From UHGV virus genome UHGV-0114978: a DNA stretch of 27,991 bases; one strand, written 5' to 3'. The notes below the pieces were generated by a model, which made no database searches, was not told where the DNA came from, and was given only the letters and a program-made list of their open reading frames with translations. Below are positions 16,261 through 24,875 of this stretch, one piece after another; the stretch's first letter is position 1; every line of letters begins with the position of its first letter. The translations under genes and the position numbers were made by a program. The stretch is from a virus.

Positions 16261-18731
16261 CAGAATCCCCCAACAGTAAGGCGAGGAATAACGGCAAGAA
16301 CAGACAGCGGCAACGGATCAAGCTGACGGATTTTTACACGTCCGTTTTTGCCCCAGTTACTGTCCAGTTTCACTTCTACTTTTCCGGTAGCATCATCAAC
16401 AGGATCATCGTAGAACTCGAATTCACGCTGTGGATATTCGTACCATTTACCGCCGGGCGTAGTCGCCCAGATGCCGCGACTGGCATTCACAACCAGAGTA
16501 ACGGAGGGGATCACCTGTTTTTTGTCCAGCAGCGTTTCCTGTCCGTTAATGTTGATATCCAGTGTTTCGAATTCAGCAGTTATTGGCAGGCCGATGTGCA
16601 CAACAGCCCCCGGTGATTCCAGCGTGACGGCACCTCCGGAAACCACTTTCTGTGGTTCCACGTTCGCATCAGAGAGAATGTTTACGGTCTGGCCTTCAAG
16701 ATGAGACAGGCCTCCAAATGTCCGGCGTGCCATCTGCCAGTTCGTGGTGGCCACATTCCTGAGGGATGGCGGGACGTTCCTGTTAGCACGAACCACTACA
16801 GCGGTGTTGCTGGTTACAGAAATAATGTCGCAACGTAATTCTTTTGACACTTCATCGCCAGTATCAGGATCAGTTCCGGTATAAGGGAACTGTAGTTGCG
16901 CACCGACATCACTACTGGTGAAGTACGCACCGCCAGAAATACTGATTGTATATTCCGCGCGGTAATCCCATTCGCCAGAACCACCAGTGATGGTCATCGT
17001 TCTGTCAGACGTATTTCTTCCATCATAGCTAAGGCCAGAATCAACAAAGAAAGCATCTTCATCGCTGGTAAATAAACGGCTGGACAGTCGCTCGATGTAT
17101 CTCACTGTTTGCCCGTTAACGGTTCGGTTAACGACGAAATACACCGCATCTTCATTTCCTTCGCTGATACTGCATGTGCTTTCATATTTTCCGGTACTGG
17201 ATTGTGGTGCCCATGCAAAAACCTGCTGATCACGCAAATAGGTCATCACCAGTAATTTACCGTCATCACGAATGCAGAAGGCGCTGGAGTAAGGGACAAT
17301 AGAGAAGCACCAGTCAACAATGCTGTGCTTCTGAAAAAGATGATTGGCAAGGATGGTCAGGTCGTTCCCCTGATAGCCGTCAACATCGAATGAGTAGGCC
17401 AGATCACGGACAACACTGCCTTTCTCCTGGACGAACAGAGCAATATTCGCCACGGCAATTGGTGGGACATTGCTCGAGCCATTTGATCCCTGAGAGCTGA
17501 ATGCAAATGATGATGGGGTTAACACTTTGTTCTGGTCGCCGGTGATGACGTACTCACCTCCGGAAGTCAGTGCCACCAGCGAACCGACATCAATCAGGTG
17601 GCGGATCTCATTAACCTGACGCCCGGCATAGGTGTAGATAATTCTGTCGTCATCCTGCGTAGGATTGCTTTTGCCAAAATCCTTATAATCCCCGGTACGG
17701 CTGGCCCAGATAGTCTGAGGGAACGCAGTCGATGCGGCGAAGTAAAGACGTTGTTGATAATAAACAACAGTGCCAGGATAACCATTAACACTGTTCCAGG
17801 CATATTTAGCCCATTTATAGCTGGCATTATCCTCGCCAACTACCTGCGAAGGGATATAGGAAATCACCTCGGCAGTTGCAGTAGTTCCATTTGCAGCAGT
17901 GATACGGGCAATGCCAAAACCACTGTGCAGATATTCCCACTCAATGCCAGTATCATCATCACCGGATCCGCCCCAGCCATCCCATGATGTGCCTTCTGTA
18001 TGCGAAGGGCGCAAAGTACCTGTTTTGCCTGCTGTAACGGCGCGATAGTAGTTACTGTCTGCACGGCGAATATCGCCAATCGACGTACTCTTACTGGTTT
18101 CCCATACCGGCACTGAATCCACTGCAGGCTGTTCCAGATAGAACAATTTGCCTACCTGCTCCGCGCCAAAAATAGAGGCGCTTGCCGTTAACGTAATTGT
18201 CCCGGTGCTGGCGCTGGCATAAACCGTCACTGACTCGTCAATATTGATATCTTCAAATGGCCCGTTCTTCGTTACCACATCAACCAGTTGCCAGTTGTCA
18301 TGAGCATATCGGCGCAACTCTTTCGGCGGGTATGCCGGGTGAACCAGCGTAAGCACGTCGGCGCTTTGCGTGAATTTAATTCGGAACAGATCGGCTTCAG
18401 TATATGGCGTGGCAATTTCATAAATAACATTGCTGCTGTTCAGCACCAACGCACCATCTTTGATAACGCGCATGTACTGGTGTCCGAACTCCAGAGCATA
18501 AGTCTGAACCGTCGAGAATTGGAACGGGATCAGGCGGCATTTCCGATTTGGGTATTTGGCGGCACCGACAAAACGCGTACCAGGTCGATTCTCAACGCCG
18601 CCATACTGCCGCACGATAAAGTTATCGCACTTGCGCAATGCTACCTGGTACTTCGCCATGTCAATACGCCCGTACAACGACGGTCCAATCTCACCACCGG
18701 CAAAGCTGGGCTGGATCCAACTGATAGCCAT
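16260..18731 (-). CDS. tail tubular protein B-like (nozzle), 823 aa
   Basis: Position after the adaptor-like gene and before the core proteins, as for T7 gp12; N-terminus MAISWIQPSFAGGEIGPSL loosely resembles the gp12 N-terminus (M..ISQSIKNLKGGISQQP); size is comparable. Confidence 0.6.
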   Translation of the reverse strand: MAISWIQPSFAGGEIGPSLYGRIDMAKYQVALRKCDNFIVRQYGGVENRPGTRFVGAAKYPNRKCRLIPFQFSTVQTYALEFGHQYMRVIKDGALVLNSSNVIYEIATPYTEADLFRIKFTQSADVLTLVHPAYPPKELRRYAHDNWQLVDVVTKNGPFEDINIDESVTVYASASTGTITLTASASIFGAEQVGKLFYLEQPAVDSVPVWETSKSTSIGDIRRADSNYYRAVTAGKTGTLRPSHTEGTSWDGWGGSGDDDTGIEWEYLHSGFGIARITAANGTTATAEVISYIPSQVVGEDNASYKWAKYAWNSVNGYPGTVVYYQQRLYFAASTAFPQTIWASRTGDYKDFGKSNPTQDDDRIIYTYAGRQVNEIRHLIDVGSLVALTSGGEYVITGDQNKVLTPSSFAFSSQGSNGSSNVPPIAVANIALFVQEKGSVVRDLAYSFDVDGYQGNDLTILANHLFQKHSIVDWCFSIVPYSSAFCIRDDGKLLVMTYLRDQQVFAWAPQSSTGKYESTCSISEGNEDAVYFVVNRTVNGQTVRYIERLSSRLFTSDEDAFFVDSGLSYDGRNTSDRTMTITGGSGEWDYRAEYTISISGGAYFTSSDVGAQLQFPYTGTDPDTGDEVSKELRCDIISVTSNTAVVVRANRNVPPSLRNVATTNWQMARRTFGGLSHLEGQTVNILSDANVEPQKVVSGGAVTLESPGAVVHIGLPITAEFETLDININGQETLLDKKQVIPSVTLVVNASRGIWATTPGGKWYEYPQREFEFYDDPVDDATGKVEVKLDSNWGKNGRVKIRQLDPLPLSVLAVIPRLTVGGF

Positions 18732-19339
18732 CAGGACAACCTCGCAATGGTAAACTCATCAACCGGTGGCTGTGGTTCCTGTGATTCATTCTGGCTATGC
18801 GAGCCAGCACTAAGAATCACGCGATTGTACATATTGAGGGCAAACGTACCGAGGTCTGCATTCCCAGTCAGCGCCATGTTAATAGCTGCCGCAAGACGCC
18901 AGGCCAACGCCTCCATAAAAATGGCATCAAACATGTTCACATCTGTAACGCGAGAGACATACTTGAGCCATGCCTGAGGCTGGTCTGTGTAGATCAACTT
19001 TCCTGTTCCGTTGGTGTCTGCACCAACTTCGTACTGAACGCGCATTGCTGCTGTTGGATTGCGTACACCAGGAAGCATAATTTCAGTAATGCGCAGACAA
19101 TCTGACGGGTACTGGTACGCATATTCCCAGTCAGGCGGTGGATTGCTCGTATCTGCAAGCGCCACGCGTTTGGTAGCAAAGTTCCAGTCAAAATCAGAAA
19201 GCACAGCATCACGACAGGCCTCAAAGTGCAGCGAACATTCCCCCGCTTCCTTGCTGGCTTCCGTCAGGCTGTTAATGCTGCGGCTGTTGCCAATATTGGA
19301 CAGCGCACGATTACAGATCTCTACTACAGAGGCCATCAC
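18731..19339 (-). CDS. tail tubular protein A-like (adaptor/gatekeeper), 202 aa
   Basis: Size and position equal T7 gp11; N-terminal pattern EICNRALSNIGNSRSINSL resembles the gp11-family start (..VNDILASIGEPPVSTL). Confidence 0.55.
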   Translation of the reverse strand: MMASVVEICNRALSNIGNSRSINSLTEASKEAGECSLHFEACRDAVLSDFDWNFATKRVALADTSNPPPDWEYAYQYPSDCLRITEIMLPGVRNPTAAMRVQYEVGADTNGTGKLIYTDQPQAWLKYVSRVTDVNMFDAIFMEALAWRLAAAINMALTGNADLGTFALNMYNRVILSAGSHSQNESQEPQPPVDEFTIARLS

Positions 19340-19665
19340 TCACCTCCGTTACCGTACAGAGTTTCAGCCGCTGATTTTTCTACATCCCCGGAAACAGGAG
19401 TGATCGCCATATCAGTGATCTGCAGATCGGCGCTGCGATTAACGCCATCGTTAGTTTCTCTGGCAGACAGGCCTCGAATAACAGCCTTTGCAGTTATCAT
19501 CACTTCCGTTCCGACGCCCTTAGGTTGCGCCTTCAGCTTATTCAATGTGTCGTTATTAAGAGTGATGCACAGCCCCCACGGGTATTCATCGCGAGTTCTG
19601 GTTTCTCCGCTCTCATCATGGTAGCTGTCAGTGCCGGTTTTGAGGTTTACGAGTTCCATATACAC
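19336..19665 (-). CDS. small structural protein (109 aa), possible capsid decoration or head-tail joining protein
   Basis: Translationally coupled (ATGA overlap) within the virion operon between capsid and tail genes. Confidence 0.45.
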   Translation of the reverse strand: MYMELVNLKTGTDSYHDESGETRTRDEYPWGLCITLNNDTLNKLKAQPKGVGTEVMITAKAVIRGLSARETNDGVNRSADLQITDMAITPVSGDVEKSAAETLYGNGGE

Positions 19666-19709
19666 TCCTGCAATAAAGGGGCCGAAGCCCCTTGTCTGAT
19701 CCGCGAGGC

Positions 19710-20111
19710 TTACACGCCCAGTTCTTTACGCTTACCCGCAGTGAATTCGCCAGCCGTTAGTGGGCCAGTTGCGACGGAGTAGTTAACACGCAGATATCGC
19801 TGAACACCGGCAGGCACCTTTGCAGAAACAACTCGTTTACCTGCTGTCAGGGCGGTCTTTGCCAGTGCACCACTATCATAAATAGTGGTCCATGAGCTGT
19901 TATTCTCACTCGTCTGCAACTGGATGTTTACAGTTGCCTCACCACTTGCCGTGGCGGCTTCGTTAACCAGCACCCAAAACTCAAGCGGGTAACCCACGCC
20001 GATATCACGACGTTTTCCGTCAATTGGACCGAGATCGATTACGTCAGTAGAAGCCGCGGTATTCGTAACCGCCTGAGCTTCGGAGAACATCAACAGTTTG
20101 TCGGTGATCAT
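19710..20111 (-). CDS. small structural protein (133 aa) immediately downstream of the major capsid gene
   Basis: Beta-rich composition (alternating T/V/S); location typical for a decoration or cement protein. Confidence 0.45.
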   Translation of the reverse strand: MITDKLLMFSEAQAVTNTAASTDVIDLGPIDGKRRDIGVGYPLEFWVLVNEAATASGEATVNIQLQTSENNSSWTTIYDSGALAKTALTAGKRVVSAKVPAGVQRYLRVNYSVATGPLTAGEFTAGKRKELGV

Positions 20112-20162
20112 CTTCTTTCTCCATTAGTGGGTCTGTTACGACCCACAGGTTAATAACAGGCG

Positions 20163-21155
20163 TTACACCACGCGGGCTTCTGTTTCCAGAAGCGCATCAG
20201 TTTCACGGATTGGTACACCACGGAATGAAGTCCACCACTCGCCTTCAGTCTCTTTTACGCTGATAGCCAGAGATGTTTTCTCCAGAGACTGCAGATCAAG
20301 AGCCTGGCCTACAGTGCGGTTCATGTAGAACACCGGGCGGCCCATGCCACGGTTTGGAATGCGATGTAGTGCTTTAACCATCAACTTCGCAATATTTGCG
20401 GCAGAGGAAGGTTCTGAAAGATTGCTGACATCGATATTTGCAATGCGAACAACATAACGCCAGTCACGCAGAGCAAGTCCGTTGTCCCATTTGTAATGGG
20501 TGCGATAGCCTTCGTACTTGCCGCCATTAGCATCTTCCAGTGTCACCTGGCCTTTATCTTCCATCTGGATGCCAGCCTTCTGCCCTTTCGGGAAGATGCC
20601 ATGCACGGTGTTTTCGCCCCACACCACTAACCAGATTGAGGTGTTATCTGTACCCGTGCCACCAGCATCAATGATGTTCTGAGCATTACCCGCAGACAGG
20701 CTGGAATAGCGGGAGGACAGTCCCATAAACTGCTGAGGGTTAACGCTGGAATCACCATAAAACAGCGTCTGCGCCATCTGCTGATTCATCGCTTCAATAA
20801 ATGCGCGGTCTTCAGACAGGCGGAATTCGGCGGTATTGCCGTTCAGATCAGCCAGTGACTTATCGACTTCAGCATAGGTTTCCAGCATGCCCACGGAATC
20901 GGTTACCTGCACTGTGGTTGATTTGCTTGGCTGTACGCCATAGTTCAGCAAACGCCAGGTAGCTGAAGGTAAACCAGAACGAATGGTGGTTCGGTGTCCG
21001 GTAGGAAGGTTCCCTTCGACAAAAGGCATATCCTGAAGGATCGGGTTAGTTTGACCGAGAAGCTCGATAATCTTATCGACTTTCCCGTTTGGATCGACGC
21101 GCTTACCCCAGTCAGCCAGCGTTAGCGCAGTTAAGCCTTTAACAGCCATTGTCAT
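20163..21155 (-). CDS. major capsid protein (330 aa)
   Basis: Follows the scaffold gene in the canonical portal-scaffold-capsid order; size typical for HK97-fold podovirus capsid proteins. Confidence 0.7.
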   Translation of the reverse strand: MTMAVKGLTALTLADWGKRVDPNGKVDKIIELLGQTNPILQDMPFVEGNLPTGHRTTIRSGLPSATWRLLNYGVQPSKSTTVQVTDSVGMLETYAEVDKSLADLNGNTAEFRLSEDRAFIEAMNQQMAQTLFYGDSSVNPQQFMGLSSRYSSLSAGNAQNIIDAGGTGTDNTSIWLVVWGENTVHGIFPKGQKAGIQMEDKGQVTLEDANGGKYEGYRTHYKWDNGLALRDWRYVVRIANIDVSNLSEPSSAANIAKLMVKALHRIPNRGMGRPVFYMNRTVGQALDLQSLEKTSLAISVKETEGEWWTSFRGVPIRETDALLETEARVV

Positions 21156-21163
21156 TTCCTCTC

Positions 21164-21865
21164 TTATTTGCCATAGAGCACTTCGGCCGCACTACGCTGG
21201 CCTTCATTACCACCGGTGACCATGCCATCTTCAGACATCGCCTTTCCGATTTTCACGAACGTTTTGACCAGATCAGGGTGATTACCCAGCCCGGTGGTGT
21301 TCAGATATTCTTTGAGTTCAGGTGTCCCGAACTGGTCAAGCGCACGCTGTGCGGCGCTAAGGTTAGAAATCAACTTGTCGCCACCGATTTCTTTGTCAGC
21401 TTTTACATCCGCAGCCCACTGCTCGGTTGTTTTCTGCCAGGCTTCTGCCTGGCGCTGCTGAACACCTGCCAGAATCTTCGGATAAGCATCAACCAGCTTT
21501 TGCGCTTGCTCGTTGGTCAGGTTAAGTTCTCGCGCCACCGGCTCGAATTCCTTCAACGCTTCTGTATCCAGCTCTACGCCTTCGGCAGCCTGAAACTCGT
21601 ACTTCTCAGGCGCACCCTCTGGTTTATCGCCGTCCTTTTTTTCATCCTGCTTATCGTTTTCAGGCTTTTTGTCATCAGCAGGTTTATCGCCATCAGCAAC
21701 AGGTTGTGGCTTATCACCTTCCTGTTGTGATGGATCACCAACTGGAGCAGGGTTATCACCTGCAGGCGCTGACGGTTCTGACGCAGCCGGAGCTGCTCCA
21801 CCATCGACTGGTTGCTCATTGCAAAGACGGCGATACAGCAAACGCTCAAATAAATTCATGATCAC
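21164..21865 (-). CDS. scaffolding protein (acidic, helical, low-complexity; about 233 aa, true start may lie a few codons in)
   Basis: Pro/Ala/Asp/Lys-rich N-terminal half (PAASEPSAPAGDNPAPVGD...KPADDKKPENDKQDEKKDGDKPE), helical C-terminal half; located between portal and capsid. Confidence 0.7.
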   Translation of the reverse strand: MIMNLFERLLYRRLCNEQPVDGGAAPAASEPSAPAGDNPAPVGDPSQQEGDKPQPVADGDKPADDKKPENDKQDEKKDGDKPEGAPEKYEFQAAEGVELDTEALKEFEPVARELNLTNEQAQKLVDAYPKILAGVQQRQAEAWQKTTEQWAADVKADKEIGGDKLISNLSAAQRALDQFGTPELKEYLNTTGLGNHPDLVKTFVKIGKAMSEDGMVTGGNEGQRSAAEVLYGK

Positions 21866-22158
21866 TCCTGTTCACTGGCCTCTTTGGCCATCTTCAAATA
21901 CTGTTCAGGGCAATGCGCCATAACGCGCTGAAACAGTTCCAGCGCCAGATTGCGTTGCCCCTCATTAAATGCCATTGCCATAGCGTCCATCGGTGAGATG
22001 GCGGAAAACACACGGCCTTTCTCCAGCACCGACCAGACAACGCGACGCCCCTGTTCACTGCTCATGACAAAGCGAATGTCATCAATTTCACGCTGCGCCA
22101 TGTCACGTTGCTTACGGGCGTTTTCTTCTTTCAGTTGATCGTCTTCGTAATCTGTCAT
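21862..22158 (-). CDS. hypothetical head-assembly-associated protein (98 aa)
   Basis: Coupled to portal (upstream) and scaffold (downstream) by 4-nt overlaps; charged, helical. Confidence 0.45.
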   Translation of the reverse strand: MTDYEDDQLKEENARKQRDMAQREIDDIRFVMSSEQGRRVVWSVLEKGRVFSAISPMDAMAMAFNEGQRNLALELFQRVMAHCPEQYLKMAKEASEQE

Positions 22159-23834
22159 TGTGATTGCCCACCCTGACCACTAACTGCATTCGCCATAGCT
22201 GACAACACACTCGGATCCGAAGTTTTAGCTTCGCTTAGCGTCTTGGCCCCCTGTGCCGCCGCCATCCCCATCGCCATCATTTGTTGCTGCTGTTGTTGCT
22301 GTGCCCGTTGCTGGCGAGCCTGCTCAACCTGTTCCTGCGGAACAATGACGGTTGGAGACACTCCGGACATATCAGCGAATGCATCGATCGCCTGATCAAC
22401 GTTGAGTTTGTCGAGAGCTTCTGGTTTCGCTTGCGCAAGTTGACCAATGAAGTTAACCGTGGACGCCAGACTGGACAGGCCGATAGACTTCTGCGCCTGA
22501 GCCATGACGGAAATGTATTCGACCTTCAGGGGCATGCCTTCCATCGCGTCAGGCGGTGGCGGCAGCATGTTTTTACGCACCATCATCGAGAAAGCGCGGT
22601 CAATGAGAGGATTAAGACATTCGTCGTTCAGACGCTCCAGAACCGGCCCCAACATCAGAAGCTTTTCTTCTTTCATTTCGATCACCGCTTCAACAGGCAT
22701 TGAGCGGGTATTGATGTTCTGCAACATCATGAACAGATCGACGAAGTAGGCGCTGTTAATGATTTGACGAGTGTCCTGAATGTCTGCCACCAAATCTGCT
22801 GTACTGGGGTTAACCAGATAAGCAGGCCTGAAGCCATCCTGACCAGTAATCTGATCGATATACGTGATGTCGCCAGGAAGAAGGGAGGCACGCTGATTCT
22901 TGAGGGAAGTCGGAGCAACCATCGGCGGATTGGTGGCTTTATCAATCAACTGCGACTTGCGCTTCTGGAGACGCTGCAATGCCTTAACAGGTCCAAGCGC
23001 CAGCATACCCGGGCATGATGATCCATAAACATCTTCGCCATTAACTTCCCAGCGCGGAGCCATAATTGGAAACTCATCGAATCCGGACTCACGCAACAAC
23101 TTGTCGTTATCGCCACCAACCTCGTAATAAACCGATTTGAATGGCTTGTTCTTGCTATCCAGCTTCGATGTATCGCGGTCAATGTTCGGGTAAACCGAAT
23201 GCATCACTTCGATCCACTTCTCGTAGGTGCCGCTTTCCCACATGCTTTTTACGGATTCGCTGACGTTATTTAGCCCGAACTCCTGAACAAGCTGACGAAC
23301 AGTCATAGAGAACTTGCGAAAACAGGTGTCAACACTGCCACGAGGTGAGTTAGCCAGGTAGTAACTGCCTATCGGGAATGGCATTGTGCGAATGATGTCC
23401 TCGTCATCCTCCAGCACTGCCATTGCACCAGTGCTGTATGTGCCGAGGCTTCCGTATAACTGCGGCAGCGACTGATAGAGATTCGACTTATTGAACATAT
23501 CGTTCATGCGGTTCTGCACCGCCTCAAGCCACAACTTAACAGGGCCATAATCCATCATTTCAGGATCTGGCGTAGCCAGGCGAAACCACGGACGCGCGGG
23601 GCTTGTGATGCCTGACATCATGCCGCTGGCGAGAGTGCGCGCCGCCATAGTCCCGGTCGAATCAATAATACGTGTATTGCGTCGATCGTTACGGTTGACC
23701 TCAGAAGTCAGAAAGCGGGAACCACGCGGGTTGATGTAATCACTCAACTCGCGCCAGTGCGGCTCGAACGACTGACGCTCGCTTTCAAGTTGTGCGAACT
23801 GTTTGTTCAATCGCTCTTTAGTTGTTTCCGCCAT
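22155..23834 (-). CDS. portal protein (T7 gp8-type head-to-tail connector), 559 aa
   Basis: Size and C-terminal Gln/Met/Ala-rich tail (QQRAQQQQQQQMMAMGMAAAQGAKTL...) resemble T7 gp8 as I recall it; GGAG RBS 9 nt before ATG; follows terL. Confidence 0.88.
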   Translation of the reverse strand: MAETTKERLNKQFAQLESERQSFEPHWRELSDYINPRGSRFLTSEVNRNDRRNTRIIDSTGTMAARTLASGMMSGITSPARPWFRLATPDPEMMDYGPVKLWLEAVQNRMNDMFNKSNLYQSLPQLYGSLGTYSTGAMAVLEDDEDIIRTMPFPIGSYYLANSPRGSVDTCFRKFSMTVRQLVQEFGLNNVSESVKSMWESGTYEKWIEVMHSVYPNIDRDTSKLDSKNKPFKSVYYEVGGDNDKLLRESGFDEFPIMAPRWEVNGEDVYGSSCPGMLALGPVKALQRLQKRKSQLIDKATNPPMVAPTSLKNQRASLLPGDITYIDQITGQDGFRPAYLVNPSTADLVADIQDTRQIINSAYFVDLFMMLQNINTRSMPVEAVIEMKEEKLLMLGPVLERLNDECLNPLIDRAFSMMVRKNMLPPPPDAMEGMPLKVEYISVMAQAQKSIGLSSLASTVNFIGQLAQAKPEALDKLNVDQAIDAFADMSGVSPTVIVPQEQVEQARQQRAQQQQQQQMMAMGMAAAQGAKTLSEAKTSDPSVLSAMANAVSGQGGQSQ

Positions 23835-23848
23835 TTCAATGACTCCGG

Positions 23849-24055
23849 TTACTGACCAAGTAGCGTTTTACCGCTGGTATTAGCGGTTGATGTGTCGCCC
23901 TGAGAACCGGTAAGCAGCGTAGAACTACGACCAGCAGCAGCGCGACGGCGACGTGTTTCTTCGTCGCGGGCATCAACAACGGCGGCATCCTGCTCCTGTG
24001 GTGCTGCCTGAACTTCTGGTGTTGCAGGCACTGATGGTGAGCTACCCATGCACAT
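23849..24055 (-). CDS. candidate small disordered protein (68 aa) upstream of portal
   Basis: Stop TAA lies 14 nt upstream of the portal ATG; preceded by the same 12-nt stretch CGGAGTCATTGA that precedes the portal start. Low-complexity A/T/S/Q-rich sequence, so the coding call is tentative. Confidence 0.35.
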   Translation of the reverse strand: MCMGSSPSVPATPEVQAAPQEQDAAVVDARDEETRRRRAAAGRSSTLLTGSQGDTSTANTSGKTLLGQ

Positions 24056-24082
24056 ATCAATGACTCCGTACGCAATTAAATT

Positions 24083-24104
24083 ATTACCAATTTAACCACA
24101 TATG
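24083..24104. promoter_or_regulatory. conserved 22-bp element ATTACC-N5-AACCACATATG, copy B (upstream of the 68-aa/portal operon)
   Basis: Identical arms and spacing to copy A at 5914..5935. Confidence 0.4.
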
Positions 24105-24145
24105 ATTTATTTATCGTAGATAGTTGACATTTAACGCACAAATTA

Positions 24146-24160
24146 TTACCTTTCAGGTAA
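24146..24160. promoter_or_regulatory. 15-bp palindrome TTACCTTTCAGGTAA (candidate operator), copy 4
   Basis: Identical to copy 1; preceded by a perfect TTGACA hexamer at 24124..24129. Confidence 0.45.
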
Positions 24161-24482
24161 CTAAAGAGTTCATTCCGGTTGCTAACCTGACTGGCTTGTC
24201 GTTAAATTGAACAGGTGTAGTGAGCTTTTGTTTTGAGCAGTACGGCGTATGGCACATGCGCCGATAGCGGTCTGGATACGTTTAAGGGGCACCCTCCCTT
24301 GCTCGGGCAAACGAACCAGGTAGCCGGAATGTGCAAGTCGAGCGGTTTTATTCCGCGCACGGGGATTCACCATCCCGGCGATTCGGTGTGACGCCTCGGA
24401 AGAGACGAGGGTACAACGATGAGAGCATTTATGGAGCCGCGACAAAGTGTGGCGCCTTAACAGGCTAAGTGCTCTCAGCGTT

Positions 24483-24559
24483 GTGGCATTAGCTCAGTTG
24501 GACAGAGCAACCGCCTTCTAAGCGGTTGGTCGCAGGTTCGAATCCTGCATGCCACGCCA
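24483..24559 (+). tRNA. tRNA-Arg, anticodon UCU (reads AGA)
   Basis: Hand-folded cloverleaf: acceptor GTGGCAT/ATGCCAC, U8-A9, D-stem GCTC/GAGC, anticodon stem ACCGC/GCGGT with loop CU-UCU-AA, 5-nt variable loop, T-arm GCAGG-TTCGAAT-CCTGC, discriminator G, encoded CCA. Confidence 0.93.
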
Positions 24560-24602
24560 GAATCACGCCTAAGGACCGTGATGCCAGAAGTTCCAGGTGC
24601 TT

Positions 24603-24645
24603 GGCGGTGATGGTTTCCCTTGAAGGACTATCACCGCCCTTTTTA
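24603..24645 (+). terminator. terminator-like hairpin (9-bp stem GGCGGTGAT/ATCACCGCC, then TTTTT) downstream of the tRNA
   Basis: Seen in sequence; the 18-nt loop is long, so efficiency is uncertain. Confidence 0.5.
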
Positions 24646-24721
24646 CAGCAGGACGCCATTGCGATGACTTCATGCTGTAAACCAGTACAGCCACGGAAGG
24701 CATAACTCATTGCTTCCAGTT

Positions 24722-24745
24722 CGCCCGGTTCGCCGGGCATTTTTT
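24722..24745 (+). terminator. intrinsic terminator GCCCGG-TTCG-CCGGGC followed by A + TTTTTTT
   Basis: Perfect GC stem with UUCG tetraloop and a 7-T run; plus-strand specific. Confidence 0.7.
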
Positions 24746-24875
24746 TAAGGTGTGAATCATGAAATACGAATTCGATGGATTTTGATGTCGTGACATGTCA
24801 CAAACAGCCAGCCGATGAGCTGGATTTGTTTTATCCTCACCAGAGGATATCAGCAGCATTATCCCCTCCAGAGGA

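Noticed and set aside
15580-22749. Overlapping short ORFs within the tubular, capsid, scaffold and portal genes (for example 15660..16004, 17598..17987, 18288..18977, 21149..21730, 22281..22703)
   Set aside because: Frame shadows of the main structural genes; no independent start signals.
23836-24075. 79-aa ORF upstream of portal (MRTESLICAWVAHHQCLQHQ...)
   Set aside because: His/Arg/Leu-rich composition looks like an out-of-frame translation; the alternative frame (23849..24055) has an RBS and a cleaner stop-to-portal spacing, so only that one is reported, at low confidence.
24483-24559. The tRNA gene as the phage integration target (attL/attR)
   Set aside because: The integrase lies 21 kb away next to an intact lambda-type attP with both arms, and there is no integrase or direct repeat of the tRNA 3' end nearby; the tRNA is more likely phage-encoded cargo.
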